DNA of 63,177 bases, counting the filler, from Reticulomyxa filosa (Eukaryota > Protista > Foraminifera): assembly GCA_000512085.1 (NCBI GenBank). It is 20 parts of 20 records of this genome, joined end to end, with 100 filler letters (N's around TTAATTAATTAA, not from the genome) between each part and the next. Parts side by side here need not be neighbours in the genome. Positions count along the whole stretch, not along the records: positions 39,283 to 60,129 come from ASPP01001240.1; 19 more parts are not named here. One strand, given 5' to 3'. Below, one piece after another: positions 39,720 to 52,138 of the stretch (the first letter of the stretch is position 1; every line of letters starts with the position of its first letter). The translations under genes and the position numbers were made by a program. The notes below the pieces were generated by a model. That model was not told the DNA's origin. It made no database searches and saw nothing but the letters and a program-made list of their open reading frames with translations.

Positions 39720-40440
39720 ATTGGACAAAATACCCAACATGGAATTGGTTCAAGCATCCGATCTAATGGTAAGGCAGATAAGTTAACTACACTTCCGAAC
39801 ATTTCTGCTAGTGAACTATCAAATGCCTGTATGCATGGTGGCATTGGAAATGCGTTGTAAATGGAACTGGATATGGTATTGATATGCCTAAAAAATTTTC
39901 TTTCAAAATCTCAAATAACTAATTTCAAAATTAACTTCAAAACTTGAAAGATGATTGAGTATCTTGACTTGTCCAACTTCAATTCCCTTCCAAAAACAAC
40001 TTTTTAGCAATGATGATGAAGGGGTCTATTTTTTTTTTTGAGCCGAAATGTATCAATCAGATCTGTATCGCAGGCCAAATAAATCAACTCTGTTTCTGAA
40101 TGCAGGGCCTAAAACCCTTTTTCACTTCCGAATGGAATAGACACTGGACCAACGAAGGAAATGAGAAGATGCCACATCGACATCTGAAGAGATTTTTGCG
40201 TGACTTAATCAATGCACAGTCATTCGAAAAGATTGCTCTGCACAAATTAGAAGTGCATGAAAGGAAAATCGTGCGTCGAATTATCACATGCAAAGTGGGG
40301 ATTAAGTGAATACTTGTTCAAGATTAAAAAATTATATACTGCAGGTGGTGTGAAGAAGAAGGAACATGGATCAAATGCCCACATTATCAAAGACTTAGAA
40401 ATGTATGGTATGCAGTAATCAAAGTATTGCTGCCGCACAT
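39720..40440 (+). mobile_element. Degenerate non-LTR retrotransposon ORF2 C-terminal remnant
   Basis: EWNRHW...HRHLKRFL...ERKIVRRIITCKVG followed by a frameshifted EYLFKIK resembles the LINE post-RT L.TG...L..L..I motif before the CCHC; frameshifted. Confidence 0.6.
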
Positions 40441-40789
40441 CAACTTCAAGACATCGAACCTGAGAAGTTTAGTTGTCGATGAACTTTCAAAGTTCGTTGT
40501 TGCAACTGGAAGGAAAATTTAAATGTTTCATTTGTTTGAAACACTTTTTCACAATCTAAAATACAAATTTTGATTGACAATTTTTTAGTCAAATTTTTAA
40601 TTTGTGATTCCGTTTTGTTTGACAAGTTGTAATCATTTTGTTTTCTCTTAATATTTGCACAATGACCTATTTTGGTCCGATACTGAACTTGCTTTTGTTT
40701 GCACTTTGGGTTATGACAAGTGCCAAAATCAGTGATAAGTGAAAGATGAAGCAATGAGTAATCTGACACCTTCACACCATCACTGTGCA

Positions 40790-41300
40790 AAAGTTTAAAA
40801 AAATCATCGTTAATTTGACTCCAAGCTTTTCTCTTGCTTTTCGAATCACTTCACACTTTACATAATCACTTGGATGTTGTCCACAATATAACACAAGTTT
40901 GTATTTACTTGGGTCATTCTTGTTTCTGCATTTTCTATTTCGTGATTAGCCAATCTTCGATACTTACACACTTTGCGTTTCTTTGGGCATTCACTATCAA
41001 TATAGTTTAATCTGTAGCAGTCTCTGCATTGCTTGAAATGAGTTTTTGATCTTAATTTGTTTTTATCAAATGTTCCACTTTCACCATTGAATATCCAATA
41101 TGAATATGCTGTCTTTCATTATCTTAATAATATCTTCAGTCTTGTATATAATCACTTTTAAAACTGTCATCTTATGTAGTTGTTTAACTTCTTGTATTTG
41201 ATATACATAATCTGTCAATGTCTCCTTAATGTCATTGTCGCTTTCCACACAAAAAAAAAAAGCTTTATCAGTATCTTATATTGTCAATGAATTTGTATCC
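40790..41300 (-). mobile_element. Degenerate LINE ORF1 (gag-like) with three zinc knuckles
   Basis: QCRDCYRLNYIDSECP, CKYRRLANHEI..(frameshift)C and VLYCGQHPSDYVKC form a decayed triple CCHC typical of I/Jockey/R1-type ORF1. Confidence 0.75.
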
Positions 41301-42384
41301 TTGTTAACTAATGCTGGAATAAATCATATTTTATTATTGTTTAATTTCTTTAATTATGTAAATATATTTCTTGTGTTTCGTTCATGTAGAAAATTGATAA
41401 TGTTTACTATATGTTGATGTTTTTCTAGGTGTAGTTTCCTTCTAGCTCTTTTATTCATTATCAAATTCATTTTTGACTTTGTTTATGAAATATGTTCTTT
41501 GATTTTTGAAATTTCTTTCTTAATGACATAAACTATCACTTTAACATTTTATTTATATTGTTTTAATATCAATTGTCACTTCTCCAGTTTCAACAACACA
41601 TTTTGTCCAAAATTCGACTGCTTTGTATAAATGATCTCGATCTCTTGATACAATTTGATCAATATATTTTATCCAATTATCAATATTCTTTTTTAATCTA
41701 AATCTAAATTGTTCACAATATCTTGACATATTTCAAATCAACATTTGCATCAACTTCTAGTTAATTGACTATAATAAGTATTTGATATTGATTTAATTTA
41801 TGTCAATTCAAATTTAGCTATAATATTTAATTAAAATCAGATTTCTTATTCTATTAAATTGTTACAATACCACAATTGAATATACTATATGAATATCGTT
41901 GTCTTTAAATACTTAACAATATCTTTAGTATTGAATATAATCACTTTAACTATTATCATATTATTTAATCATTCAAATTTATATATTTGATATACTTAAT
42001 CTTCTAATATCTACTTGATTTTACAATCTTTTTATCTAGTAATTGAATCATTAAATATATATTCATTTCATTATTAGTCAATGCTTCAAAGTTTTTCTTT
42101 TATTCAATATTGAATGTCTTATGATAAATATCAAATATTAGTTCATTACAATTATTTGTTTACTATCTTGATTTTCTTTTGTTACATAATTTTCATAAGA
42201 TCACGAATATAATGATATCAATGCTTTCTAAGTGAATAATACAGTATTTACAAAAAACTATTTTGTATCTTTAAATAATATGTTAGTGTCTTTTTTCAAA
42301 TACATATATCATTTTTAATGTTAACAAAAATTCATTTTAAAAAAATTTTCCAAAATTATGTTAATTATACAATATTGCCTAATA

Positions 42385-43816
42385 TCAACTATGATATAAA
42401 CGTAAAGTCAACAGTAGTGGTACAACAAATAATGGAGATAACAATAAAATGTAACCGAATACCCACAAACGAATGACAGCTTTACTAGCATTAGTAGAAA
42501 TTTTGAGTTTTTGTTCAATGATAATGCAGGCCCATTGAATGAAAAAGTAAAGAATCATCAAAGATAATCCCGTTGTAATATAAACTGCACTGCTAAAATC
42601 TCGATTTGTATTGTCATTGAAAAAAGGAGCATCTTTGATAACCAAATACAATGGATAAAAGTGAAATAATGCAGAGCAAATAAAAGTGGCCAAAGCGGAT
42701 ATATGAAAGCTTGTTTTTTTACTGAATTGACAAGCCCGATCATTTGACGAGTTATGATTTCGACAACAAATGAAATCCTCAATGTTGTATTCAATCAACA
42801 AACGAGTTGAAATATTTGGTTTTTTTTGTCAATGCTTTGATCATCTGTTATCATATATTGTTGTAACTACATAAGAAAAAAGATGAAAATAAAGAAACAG
42901 ATTGCCTGCGTCTTTTGACTTTCTCAGGTTGTTTTCTTTGTATATATGTGCACATGTAAACCAAACTAATGTGAGTACTCCGCCAATGATACAAAGAATT
43001 CATGGAGGGAATAAAAATAAACTGTTTCAATAAGGATTGGATGACAATATTGAACCTTTTTCCCCAAAATTCTTGGACAGACAATGACAAATAGGGTGAC
43101 TGCATGGTGGAAGGTACGTCCAAGTGAAATGGAAGCAAGAGCATCCTATAAAAGCAATCGATGCAATACAATCCACAAATGAGATAGACCACGTGGACAG
43201 TCAGCATCCATATTAAGTAAATGTATTTTGCTGTCATCATTTGTGCATCGACAGTGTCACTATCTATCATATTATGCATATTATAACCATGTTGTGGTTG
43301 TTGCTGTTGCTGATAGTGGGGATAGGAAACACCACGATCAGTTGCAAAGGGAAAAAACGAAAATAAATTGCCTCCACGTTGATGATGTTCGACAAAATGC
43401 TGACAAAGAAAATTGCACCCGCATTTAATGTCGCATTGCGCAACAGTTCCAGAAACAGATAGTTACGATGTCGAGGATAAACGGTCCTTAAATCGTGAAA
43501 GAAATGCACAAACGCGACCCGTATCAAAGGCGCGTATTTACGAGACGAGAAGAACATATCACCGTCGGAAGGGCCTGCGATTGTGGCGTGAGGCCCGAAT
43601 GAAGTGGAAGAAGAAGATTGAGAAAGAGGAAGAGAAGAAGGAGAAGGAAATTGGTTGGTCAGTGACGCCATTATGTCTTTGCTTCCACAAGTGCCTAGTA
43701 ATTGATAGCGTCTCCGTTCATCACTATTCAGGTCGTCATCGTCATCATTGTTGTTGTGACCACTGTTGTCATCACTGTCATCATAACCATAGTTGTTCAT
43801 ATTGTTATTATTATTA

Positions 43817-43863
<47 letters not shown>

Positions 43864-44616
43864 GTTGTCATGGCCATCTCTGTATGCATTGTCATAACCG
43901 CTGTCATTTCCATTCCCTGCTCTCTGTGTGTATGGCGGTCCTTGTCCTTGTCTTTGTTCTTTGAACTCTTCGTCGTCTTCTCTTTGCTTCGAATCCTCAT
44001 TTTCTTTTTCACTGTTCTCTCCGTCCACTTTTCCTTCTCTCTTTTTTACTTGCATTTCGTCGTCTTTTTTTGAATTGGCGAAATCCCGCCCGTCGGACCC
44101 TTCTTTCTTGCGCTCGCGCAAGCTGCTTCCGATTATTGGAATCGCCATTTTGTCTTTGTGCGTGTATGCCATTGCCACGGCCCCTGTCCCCGTGGACGAC
44201 GAGGACTCGATCGGAGCGGACGACCACAGCGCATTGCGCAGTTGAATTAGACGAAGGGTGTGCGTCACACTGATCAACCCGTAAATGCCACGAAACAATG
44301 GGGCTTGTAGATACCATGGAATCACATTTCCCAAAAACGCTAACACAAATGGAAAGGTGTGGCGAAATATCAATGTCAACAGGGATAAAAATGATAATCT
44401 TGATAGTTCCTGATGAGGAGGTGTGGGCATCAGCAATGGAGCTATCACGAACATTGCATACCATAAGCTTATTAAAACTGCATCGTTATATAGCCACAGT
44501 AGTCCGTCCTTTGACTTGTGGGGCACTAATGACTTTATTATTTCCCACATTGTCAGTGAGCTGTCATCTATATTCTCAAGGTTCTTTAGTTGCTCAAGAT
44601 TTGGTTTCGGATCCAT
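42385..44616 (-). CDS. MBOAT family membrane-bound O-acyltransferase (wax synthase-like, MBOAT_2)
   Basis: SPYLSLSVQEFWGKRFN and LATFICSALFH (catalytic His) motifs; multiple TM segments; several short introns, exact junctions uncertain. Confidence 0.85.
43800..43868 (-). repeat. (AAT)n poly-Asn microsatellite inside the MBOAT gene
   Basis: tta run on the + strand, in frame as N-tract. Confidence 0.9.
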
Positions 44617-44955
44617 GAACAAATCTATATATCAAAAAATCTTGAAGAATAATTGTCATACCCTTTTTTTTTTTTTTTTGCTCCTGGTTGACACGAAATA
44701 TAAATTTTTCTGATTGATTTGTCGCTGAAGATGACACATTTAATTAGAAAATGGTAAAACTTGCATTTATAAATACGGCCACTCTGTGCCATAATCAAAA
44801 TATGAAAGATAAGCATTTTGTGTGTTAGTTTTTACAGTGGTGGGCTTTATGACAATTTTGTTAAGGACTTTATTTGAAAAAATGAAACCAAACAAACATC
44901 CTCCTCAAAAGCGAAGAATATTAAAAAATGAAAAATGGACACGCTGCACGAGCTT

Positions 44956-46179
44956 CTAATGTGTTTGGAGTGCGGTTGATTTGAAAAAGTGTTTTGACAC
45001 AACAAAAAACGCAACAGCATTGCAAAGCCCACCTATCGAGGAAGTCAAAGAGCGAAAGAAAGTAATCACAAACGAAGGATCTGAATAGTAAAAGGCCCAA
45101 ATGCGACGAATGGTCGGAGGGGTCCAGCATACTAAAAGAATGATGGGATACAATATCATCAGTTTGACAGAGCGTTTAGCTCGCGAGTCACGCGTGGGCA
45201 ATGCAATGGAAGACGATGGTACACTCTCGTTCGGATTGTGATAGTTGCCGACATTTATCAAAGGTATTTTAAACCCTTTTTTTGTGTCCTGCGCATCGTA
45301 TCCATCATCTGGACTGGAGTCTTTCTCGTCCTCGTTTTCGAGCGCGTCGTTGTTCACGTCATTGGCCTTTCGAATATGTATGTATGACAGTACCAATGCA
45401 ATCAATGCCATGAACAGCGCTAGCCACATCCACAGGTAAAAGCTCAGAGAAGACAATACCAAGTTCTTCTCCTTGAAAAAACACCATCCACCTTTTTTTT
45501 TTTTTTTTTTTTTTTGAGGAGGGGGGATCATGAATCAGAAACAATTGTTGGCTCCAAATTTTTTGGGGGCTATCATATAAAAAAAAGGAGAGCACGTGCA
45601 ACATTTGCAAACCAAGTTGCTCATAAGTGCCCAACGCCCACGGCACAACAGCAGCTGTAAACGCGACCAAGGTCACAATGCACAGGGAAATATGCAAAGA
45701 GAGCTTCATTTGGACTGGCGTGTCTTGGTATGTCAATCGTATGATGTAAAAGGACAACAGCCCTACCCAAATAAACGATGCTGTCCCTCCGAATACGGTC
45801 AATGCAGCTATGATAAGCACAATACATATTCCCCCCCTCCTTTTCCAGTGCGTTCCTTACACTTTTACAACTGCACACACTCTTTCTCTTGTCTATAGAT
45901 TCGCAAGCCTTCTTATCTTTATTTTCCTCTTCAAATTCTTCCTCTCTCTCTCTTCTGATTTGTACCTTGGAGATTGCACCCGAAAGTATCCGTTTTTTGA
46001 AATCCAAAAGTACCGCCTATTGAACGGATCATATCGAATAGAGAAATAAACCAGAGCACTTGCAATAGTTTGTTGTTTCTCGGGACTTGCTTGTAAAAAG
46101 CAAACACGGTGAGTGTGCCTAATAAAGAAAGAATGGAACCAATAAGTATTGTAATCTCAATTATCCTGGAATCAGACAT
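44956..46179 (-). CDS. 7TM GPCR, cAMP-receptor-like (CAR/GCR1) family
   Basis: TM1 GSILSLLGTLTV; CNLQ|AALTVFGGTASFIW; L|GGWCFF; KLMILYPIILLVCWTPPTIRRI; GGLCNAVAF; introns incl. 45612-45492; the last exon may extend to ~44847. Confidence 0.88.
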
Positions 46180-46819
46180 TTTTGACGACAATATATTATT
46201 GGCAAAAATTATTTTTTTTCTTTTCCACTCCAATTCTTTCTCCCTATCACCAAATCAATAAAAATTAACTTTCAAAGTTGTAGGGATTGCGAATATGTTG
46301 TTTAAATTATTCGCATTAACCAAAATTTATTTTTCGCACGAGAAATAGAAACTAAAATAGTTTCTTTATCCAAGCTGAGCAGACGGCTTTTTTAAGCTCT
46401 TTGGTCTGGAACCAAGCGTAAAAAGAGACTACAACACGTTATCACATCTGAGAAAAAAATTAAAAGTTTACGATACAAAGCAAATTGAAAAGGTTTATCA
46501 TAATAAAATGTGATATCTTTGGATATCCTAGTTCGAATGAATGTACGAGCCTTTACCTGTCGAAGGATTTCCAACCAGACAAGAACAAAAAAGTTGCATC
46601 ATACATTTACGAACAGTCAATTTTATTTGAGATGAATTATTTGTTTCTTTTTGCTATCATGTTCTGATTGAAGTTAGGAAGTATTTGCTCCCTCTTTCAA
46701 AAAAAATTTACTAAGCCGAAAAGGTTACTTTAACAAAAACTTTAAAGTTCAAAAAGGAAATTTAGATTTTGTAGCAGCTATAAAATAATTCGTTGCTGCA
46801 CTGGGGTTTGGCTGGAAAA

Positions 46820-48552
46820 ATGTCGGAGAACCAGTCTAAAAATTTGAACAGCGGTGACACCTAAGTTTTATGTGTTGTAACTAACAAGCCTGAAACAAAA
46901 AAAGGGATGGCTTTGCAAATAGACGACGGTCACGAAGAGCAGGGCGAAAAAAATAGCAAAGACATGCCGGGCGATGGCGTGCCAGGCGAGGCTCAAAATG
47001 ATTTAAACAATGTGAAGCTTGAATCGGAACCAGAGGTCAAGCAAATGGAAAATCTTGACAAAGAAATGTCAAGCTTGAACATTAATGAAAAACCTCGCTT
47101 TGTTGCTCGGCTTCGAGGCTTGCCGTGGAGCGCCCGTGAAAAAGAAATCAAGGAATTTTTCAAAGACGAAAAAATTGTTGAAATCCAAGTCGTGTTTTCA
47201 CCAGATGGAAAGGCCTCGGGTGTGTGCGTACTTTTTCATGTCTTTGTGTCCGCTTGTTTATTTTTTAAGGGTCCTGTTTTTCTTCCCCCTTTCCAACAGG
47301 AGTGCGAAATTTCGTACACTTTCACATACTTATACATGGGGGAAACTAATGATAGGAGAAGCTTTTATAGAATTTGAATCGTTGAATGATTTTCAGAGTG
47401 CGTACTCGAAAAATAAGCAAAACTTGGGTCACAGATACATTGAGATATTTAAGGCAACAGGCAATGACATTGATGTGGCAAGTGGACGAACTTCAAGAGC
47501 GTCGTGTGTTTCACCCAAAACCCAATATATTGTCCGAATGAGAGGTTTGCCTTATGAAGCTACGGAAAATGACGTGAATAAATTTTTCAGTGATTTGAAT
47601 ATTGGTATGTGAACCTAATGCTGTCACACTTTTTTTTTGAAAAAAAAGGGACGACATCCAGGTCATGTTTTGAAATTGTATTGTGGACACACACAGTGGC
47701 AGTGCATTTAATTAAAGATGATTTGGGCCGTCCAAGTGGAGAAGGTTTTGTTGAATTTGCGAGTGAAGACGACGTTAATAGTGCCATGACCAAACACAGA
47801 CATAACATTGGACGGCGATATATTGAATTATTTCGCAGTGGACGAGATGACTTAACAAAAATGTTGGGATTGTCGCAGCGAGGTCACGTATTTGGAAGAA
47901 AGCATTTCCCTCCTCAAAAGTACAATTATCGTAAAAATCATCAGCAGAGAAGTGATATCAACTCGAGTTGTCTGTTGATGCGCGGCTTGCCTTATTCTTG
48001 TAGTGAAACGGACATTACCAAGTTCTTTCAAGAAATTGACGTTACACCTGTAAGAATTCATCGTAAAGCCGATGGGGCTGAGGCATATGTCGAATTCTGT
48101 TCAAACACGGATTGTACCAAGGCCATGACGAGACACAAAGTTGAGGAGAAGAAACAAACAATTTGATTGGACTATTTAAATAATTATTTTTTTTCTCTTA
48201 TTGTTTATAGAGCTACATTGGATCTCGTTACATCGAACTGTTTCGTGTCACATACGAAGATATGGCCCAAACTGTAGGTTTGTCCATGCCTCAGCAAAGG
48301 TCATTCGCCCCATCTAATGCTTCCAACTTTCAACAAGTGCAACGAAATGCAAATTCAATTCCCCAAAATTTGAGTTTCATGCCCAATTTCTCACAAACAC
48401 GAACGCAACAAGTACCTTTACCCACGCAAAATGCACGTTCGCAGCAGTTTTATAATCAATTATTGACAAATTATCCTCTTCACACTGACACCGGAAACTC
48501 CAGTTTACTTAATCAGCCAGGGCGTCGAGTCCCACCAACATTTTTCCGTTGA
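46820..48552 (+). CDS. hnRNP F/H / GRSF1-like RNA-binding protein with three quasi-RRMs
   Basis: Three RGLP[WY] motifs, G-E-[AG]-F-[IV]-EF and RYIE[IL]F motifs; multi-exon; Q/N-rich C-terminus. Confidence 0.92.
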
Positions 48553-49398
48553 TGTATTTCATCTCCAGTGCTTTTTTGCTGTTGCTTTTATTTGTTCTGT
48601 TTTTTTGTCAAGAGTGTGTTCCACTTTCATTTCGATGTTAAATTTGCAATGAAGTTTGATTGGAAAGGGAGCGGGATGTGAGTATATCCGAGTCGTTTCT
48701 TCTTTTTTCCGTTTTTGTTTTTATCATTTACGGTGTACTGGATGGGTCATGTGGTTTTGGAAACTTTTTGTTTTGTTATCATTTTGAGTTCTAATTGGGA
48801 TGCACAAGTGGGCACTGGGTATGAACAATGAATAATTTTTAAGGGTACAACATGCTTTGTAGCCAATTCACCATCTTTGGCACATTCTTTTTTCGCTTCG
48901 CTTTTAAACAATATGTTGTGAAAATTTTTTTTGTTTACAAAAAAAGTAAGAATTGTCTCATTACGGACAGGGTGTGCAAATTTATCTTTTTACACTGTGT
49001 TAAGTCAAAAAAATGTTAGCACTTTATCTCAAGCCAATTCCCTTTCATACTTATCTTTGCATTTTCCGACACCCAAAATATTAGTCTAAATGTTAATTGC
49101 AATAGCATAAAACAGTAGAATTATCGAAGAAAAAAAAGATTTCACAAAAAATGATTATTTTTTTTTTTGCACCAGTGTTTGTGTCCAGGGATGAGAAAAA
49201 AAAAATTTGGAACGAGAAACAAACTAAACAAGGTTATATGGAAGAAATCTTAGATTATGGAGAAGTATTACCAAAATACAACTTTACTTAATTTTCAATG
49301 AACGTGGGCTTAAATGACAAAAAAAAGGTGCATTTAATGTTTTTTTTTAGAAAAATGTGCTGCTCGCTTCAAAGAAATCAAATTACTTTGAAATCGAC

Positions 49399-51209
49399 CT
49401 ATAATGGCAAGCCAACAATATCACTCAAAGCTTGAAAAGCAGCAACAGGATTATCTGCAGGTACCATGTGTCCAGCTTTCATCATGAAATACATTGCAAA
49501 ATTATTGTAGGATTTCTTGAAATAGGCTACATCAGTTTGATCAAGGTTCAACTGCGCATTTTTTGCTGACTGTACAAATTATAACATGAAAACGATACAC
49601 ACAGGACTTTATAGACATACCAAAAAAAAAAAAAAGGAAACTTTTTGCCAGTTGGGCAGTGAACCCCAGCTCAATGATTCAATCCAATCAAGTGTTCCTA
49701 ATGTGCAACAAATCAAGTCAAGCTGGCCATTCCATACATTGACGTGCAGTCCTTTTTGTAGTAACATATCCACTTCGTTGACTACAGGCTTCATGAAATC
49801 TTCTTCTTGAGCAGCAAACACATCATTCGACTGTCCGCCCCAAACCACGCTCTGAGGTACAACCAAGCTTAGCTGTTGTTTGATAGGCCCGTTCATGATA
49901 TAGTTGAGTTGAGTTTCATTAACGCCCGAACTTAACATTTGAGGATCTGTTTCGGCGTACTCATGTCTTTTGTGCAAATAGCGATCAATATCGTGTAAGA
50001 AATGTTTCTATTTTTTAACCACAACGATTCAATTGAATCCAGACAAAGCACACACGCACAAGAAAATAACAAAACTCGTTGCACGAATAAATAGTCATTG
50101 ACATATGTGTCAACGGACAAACTTTGAGAAAGGTTCAAATCGAATTGCAAAACATTATAAAAGTCGACATTGTCAGTGTAGTTTTCGATTTGAGTTTCCA
50201 TAGCACCCCATCTGTCGTACATACACATACAGCATATTATCAATATTAAAAGAAAAAAAAAACATCAAACAAAAAGGTCTAACATATCTGTGGCATCGAT
50301 CCAATCTCCGGCATTGATAGCATTTTGGCATTGTTGCGCGGTGCTTTGCAGATTGGCATATTGCATGTCGTCGAGCAAAGTGAGAGCCCTCAAATAATCG
50401 GGCCAGGTGTTGACGTACGATATGCCACTGATCCACGAGTCGCCCAACATTACGCCTTGGAAGTTCATTACAATGTCGCCATCTGCGATTGCCTCGTACA
50501 ACGTGTTCCCAAATTGGGCTGTCATTTTGCCTCCGTACTGCAAATACAACAACAAAAAAAACACACACATATGCATATATACATACACACACACATATAT
50601 TATCAATCGAATTTATTTCATACACTTGCACGTGTTGTTCGATTGCCAATGGTTAACTGATTCGCTAAAAATCCAATAAGGCAAAGTCTTCAAAAAGGGG
50701 AGGTTGTCGTTCACCAACGCTATGTGACACGTCAACAAATCTGACGCGATTTCTTCGACGTCCGTTGTCAACAGCGACAAGTTATTCACATATGAATATC
50801 CTGCTCCGACTGGGTTATCGATAAATAACAAGTTCACTTGCTCGGTCCACGCATATTCTCTTGGATTTAAGTACTCGTCCAATTGTCCAATTTCACCAAA
50901 GTTTCCGTATCCGCTCCCACCAGCGCCAGGCCCACCTTGCAGCCAAAGCACCACGGGCAGGTCGTTACGAGGGTATCTTGTATTTGTTGAACCGTAAAAC
51001 CACCTATATTTGTTTAACACATTTTTTTTTCTTTGTTTTTGATACCTAAGCTAAACTGTCTCCGTTTGCACGCATTTCACATTTTTTCCTTACCAAAACA
51101 TGTATGCACCAGGTCGCACTTGGACATAACCATATTCTTGATCCGGGATCTCTTGTGAGATGCCGAGCGAGAAAAGAAATAACGCCGCAGAGAACAATTT
51201 GAATTTCAT
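49399..51209 (-). CDS. Serine carboxypeptidase S10 (SCPEP1/RISC-like), secreted
   Basis: Signal peptide; WLQGGPG; DNPVGAGYSY; SES|YGGK (catalytic Ser); NGQLDLIC (Asp); AGHMVPAD (His). Confidence 0.95.
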
Positions 51210-52138
51210 GCTTCACTTGTATAAGATTTTTTTAATCAACAATATCAATTTTATGGTGGCTTTCTTGGCTAGGTTCAGCACAAGGCCAGTTCCCTAACCC
51301 AAAAAATATAACAAACGGACGGCAAGTAAATATAAAATACAATAGATTCTTTTTATTTTTATCGCGGATGTTCAAATTGCTTTTATTCATTGACAATGTA
51401 ATTGAAAATAATTTTTTACACTATCACTTTCATATATCTCTACGAAATGTACAAAAAGATAGAGGCAGTTGTAATGACTGCAAGTAGCTTAATATATTTT
51501 CTACGTAAAATAAAAATCGACAATGAAAGCAAAAACAGACATTAACCAAGCGAATCAATAGACAACACGAAGAAAAATCAATGAAAAGACACGACAAATG
51601 AAGTAATAACTAATATTTGACATGTTATAAAAATGATTGATTTTCTTCACGAAGAAATGACATCAAGACCTAATTTTTTTTATATTAAAAAAATACTTAC
51701 GAATTTAGTTTTTAATTAAATCTTTACTAATTATTTGAAAAATTTGAATATTTTATTGATTTTTCAAAATTTTGAGAAAAAGCTGACAATCATGTTTTTA
51801 TCGTAGCAATGAAATTTACCAACTTTTTTTTAAGTATTTTAGAAAGTACTCGATGTGTAGTAGATATTTTAAAAAATTAGGTCTGAATATTTTTTTCGTG
51901 GAGAAAATCGTTCTAGGTGTTATTTTCTTTTGCATTTTACTGTATTATCTTTTAAATTTTCATTTACAAATAATTTTTTAATTTACTATAATTTAAGGCA
52001 AAGTTGATCTGAATTCTAAAATTTGGAATTTCAATAAACTAAAATAATTGAAAACTTTTCTTTCAAATTAAATAATAAAATGCTCAATAATATGATATTC
52101 AACCAACATAAACAAAATAAAATAAAAATACTTGCTCC

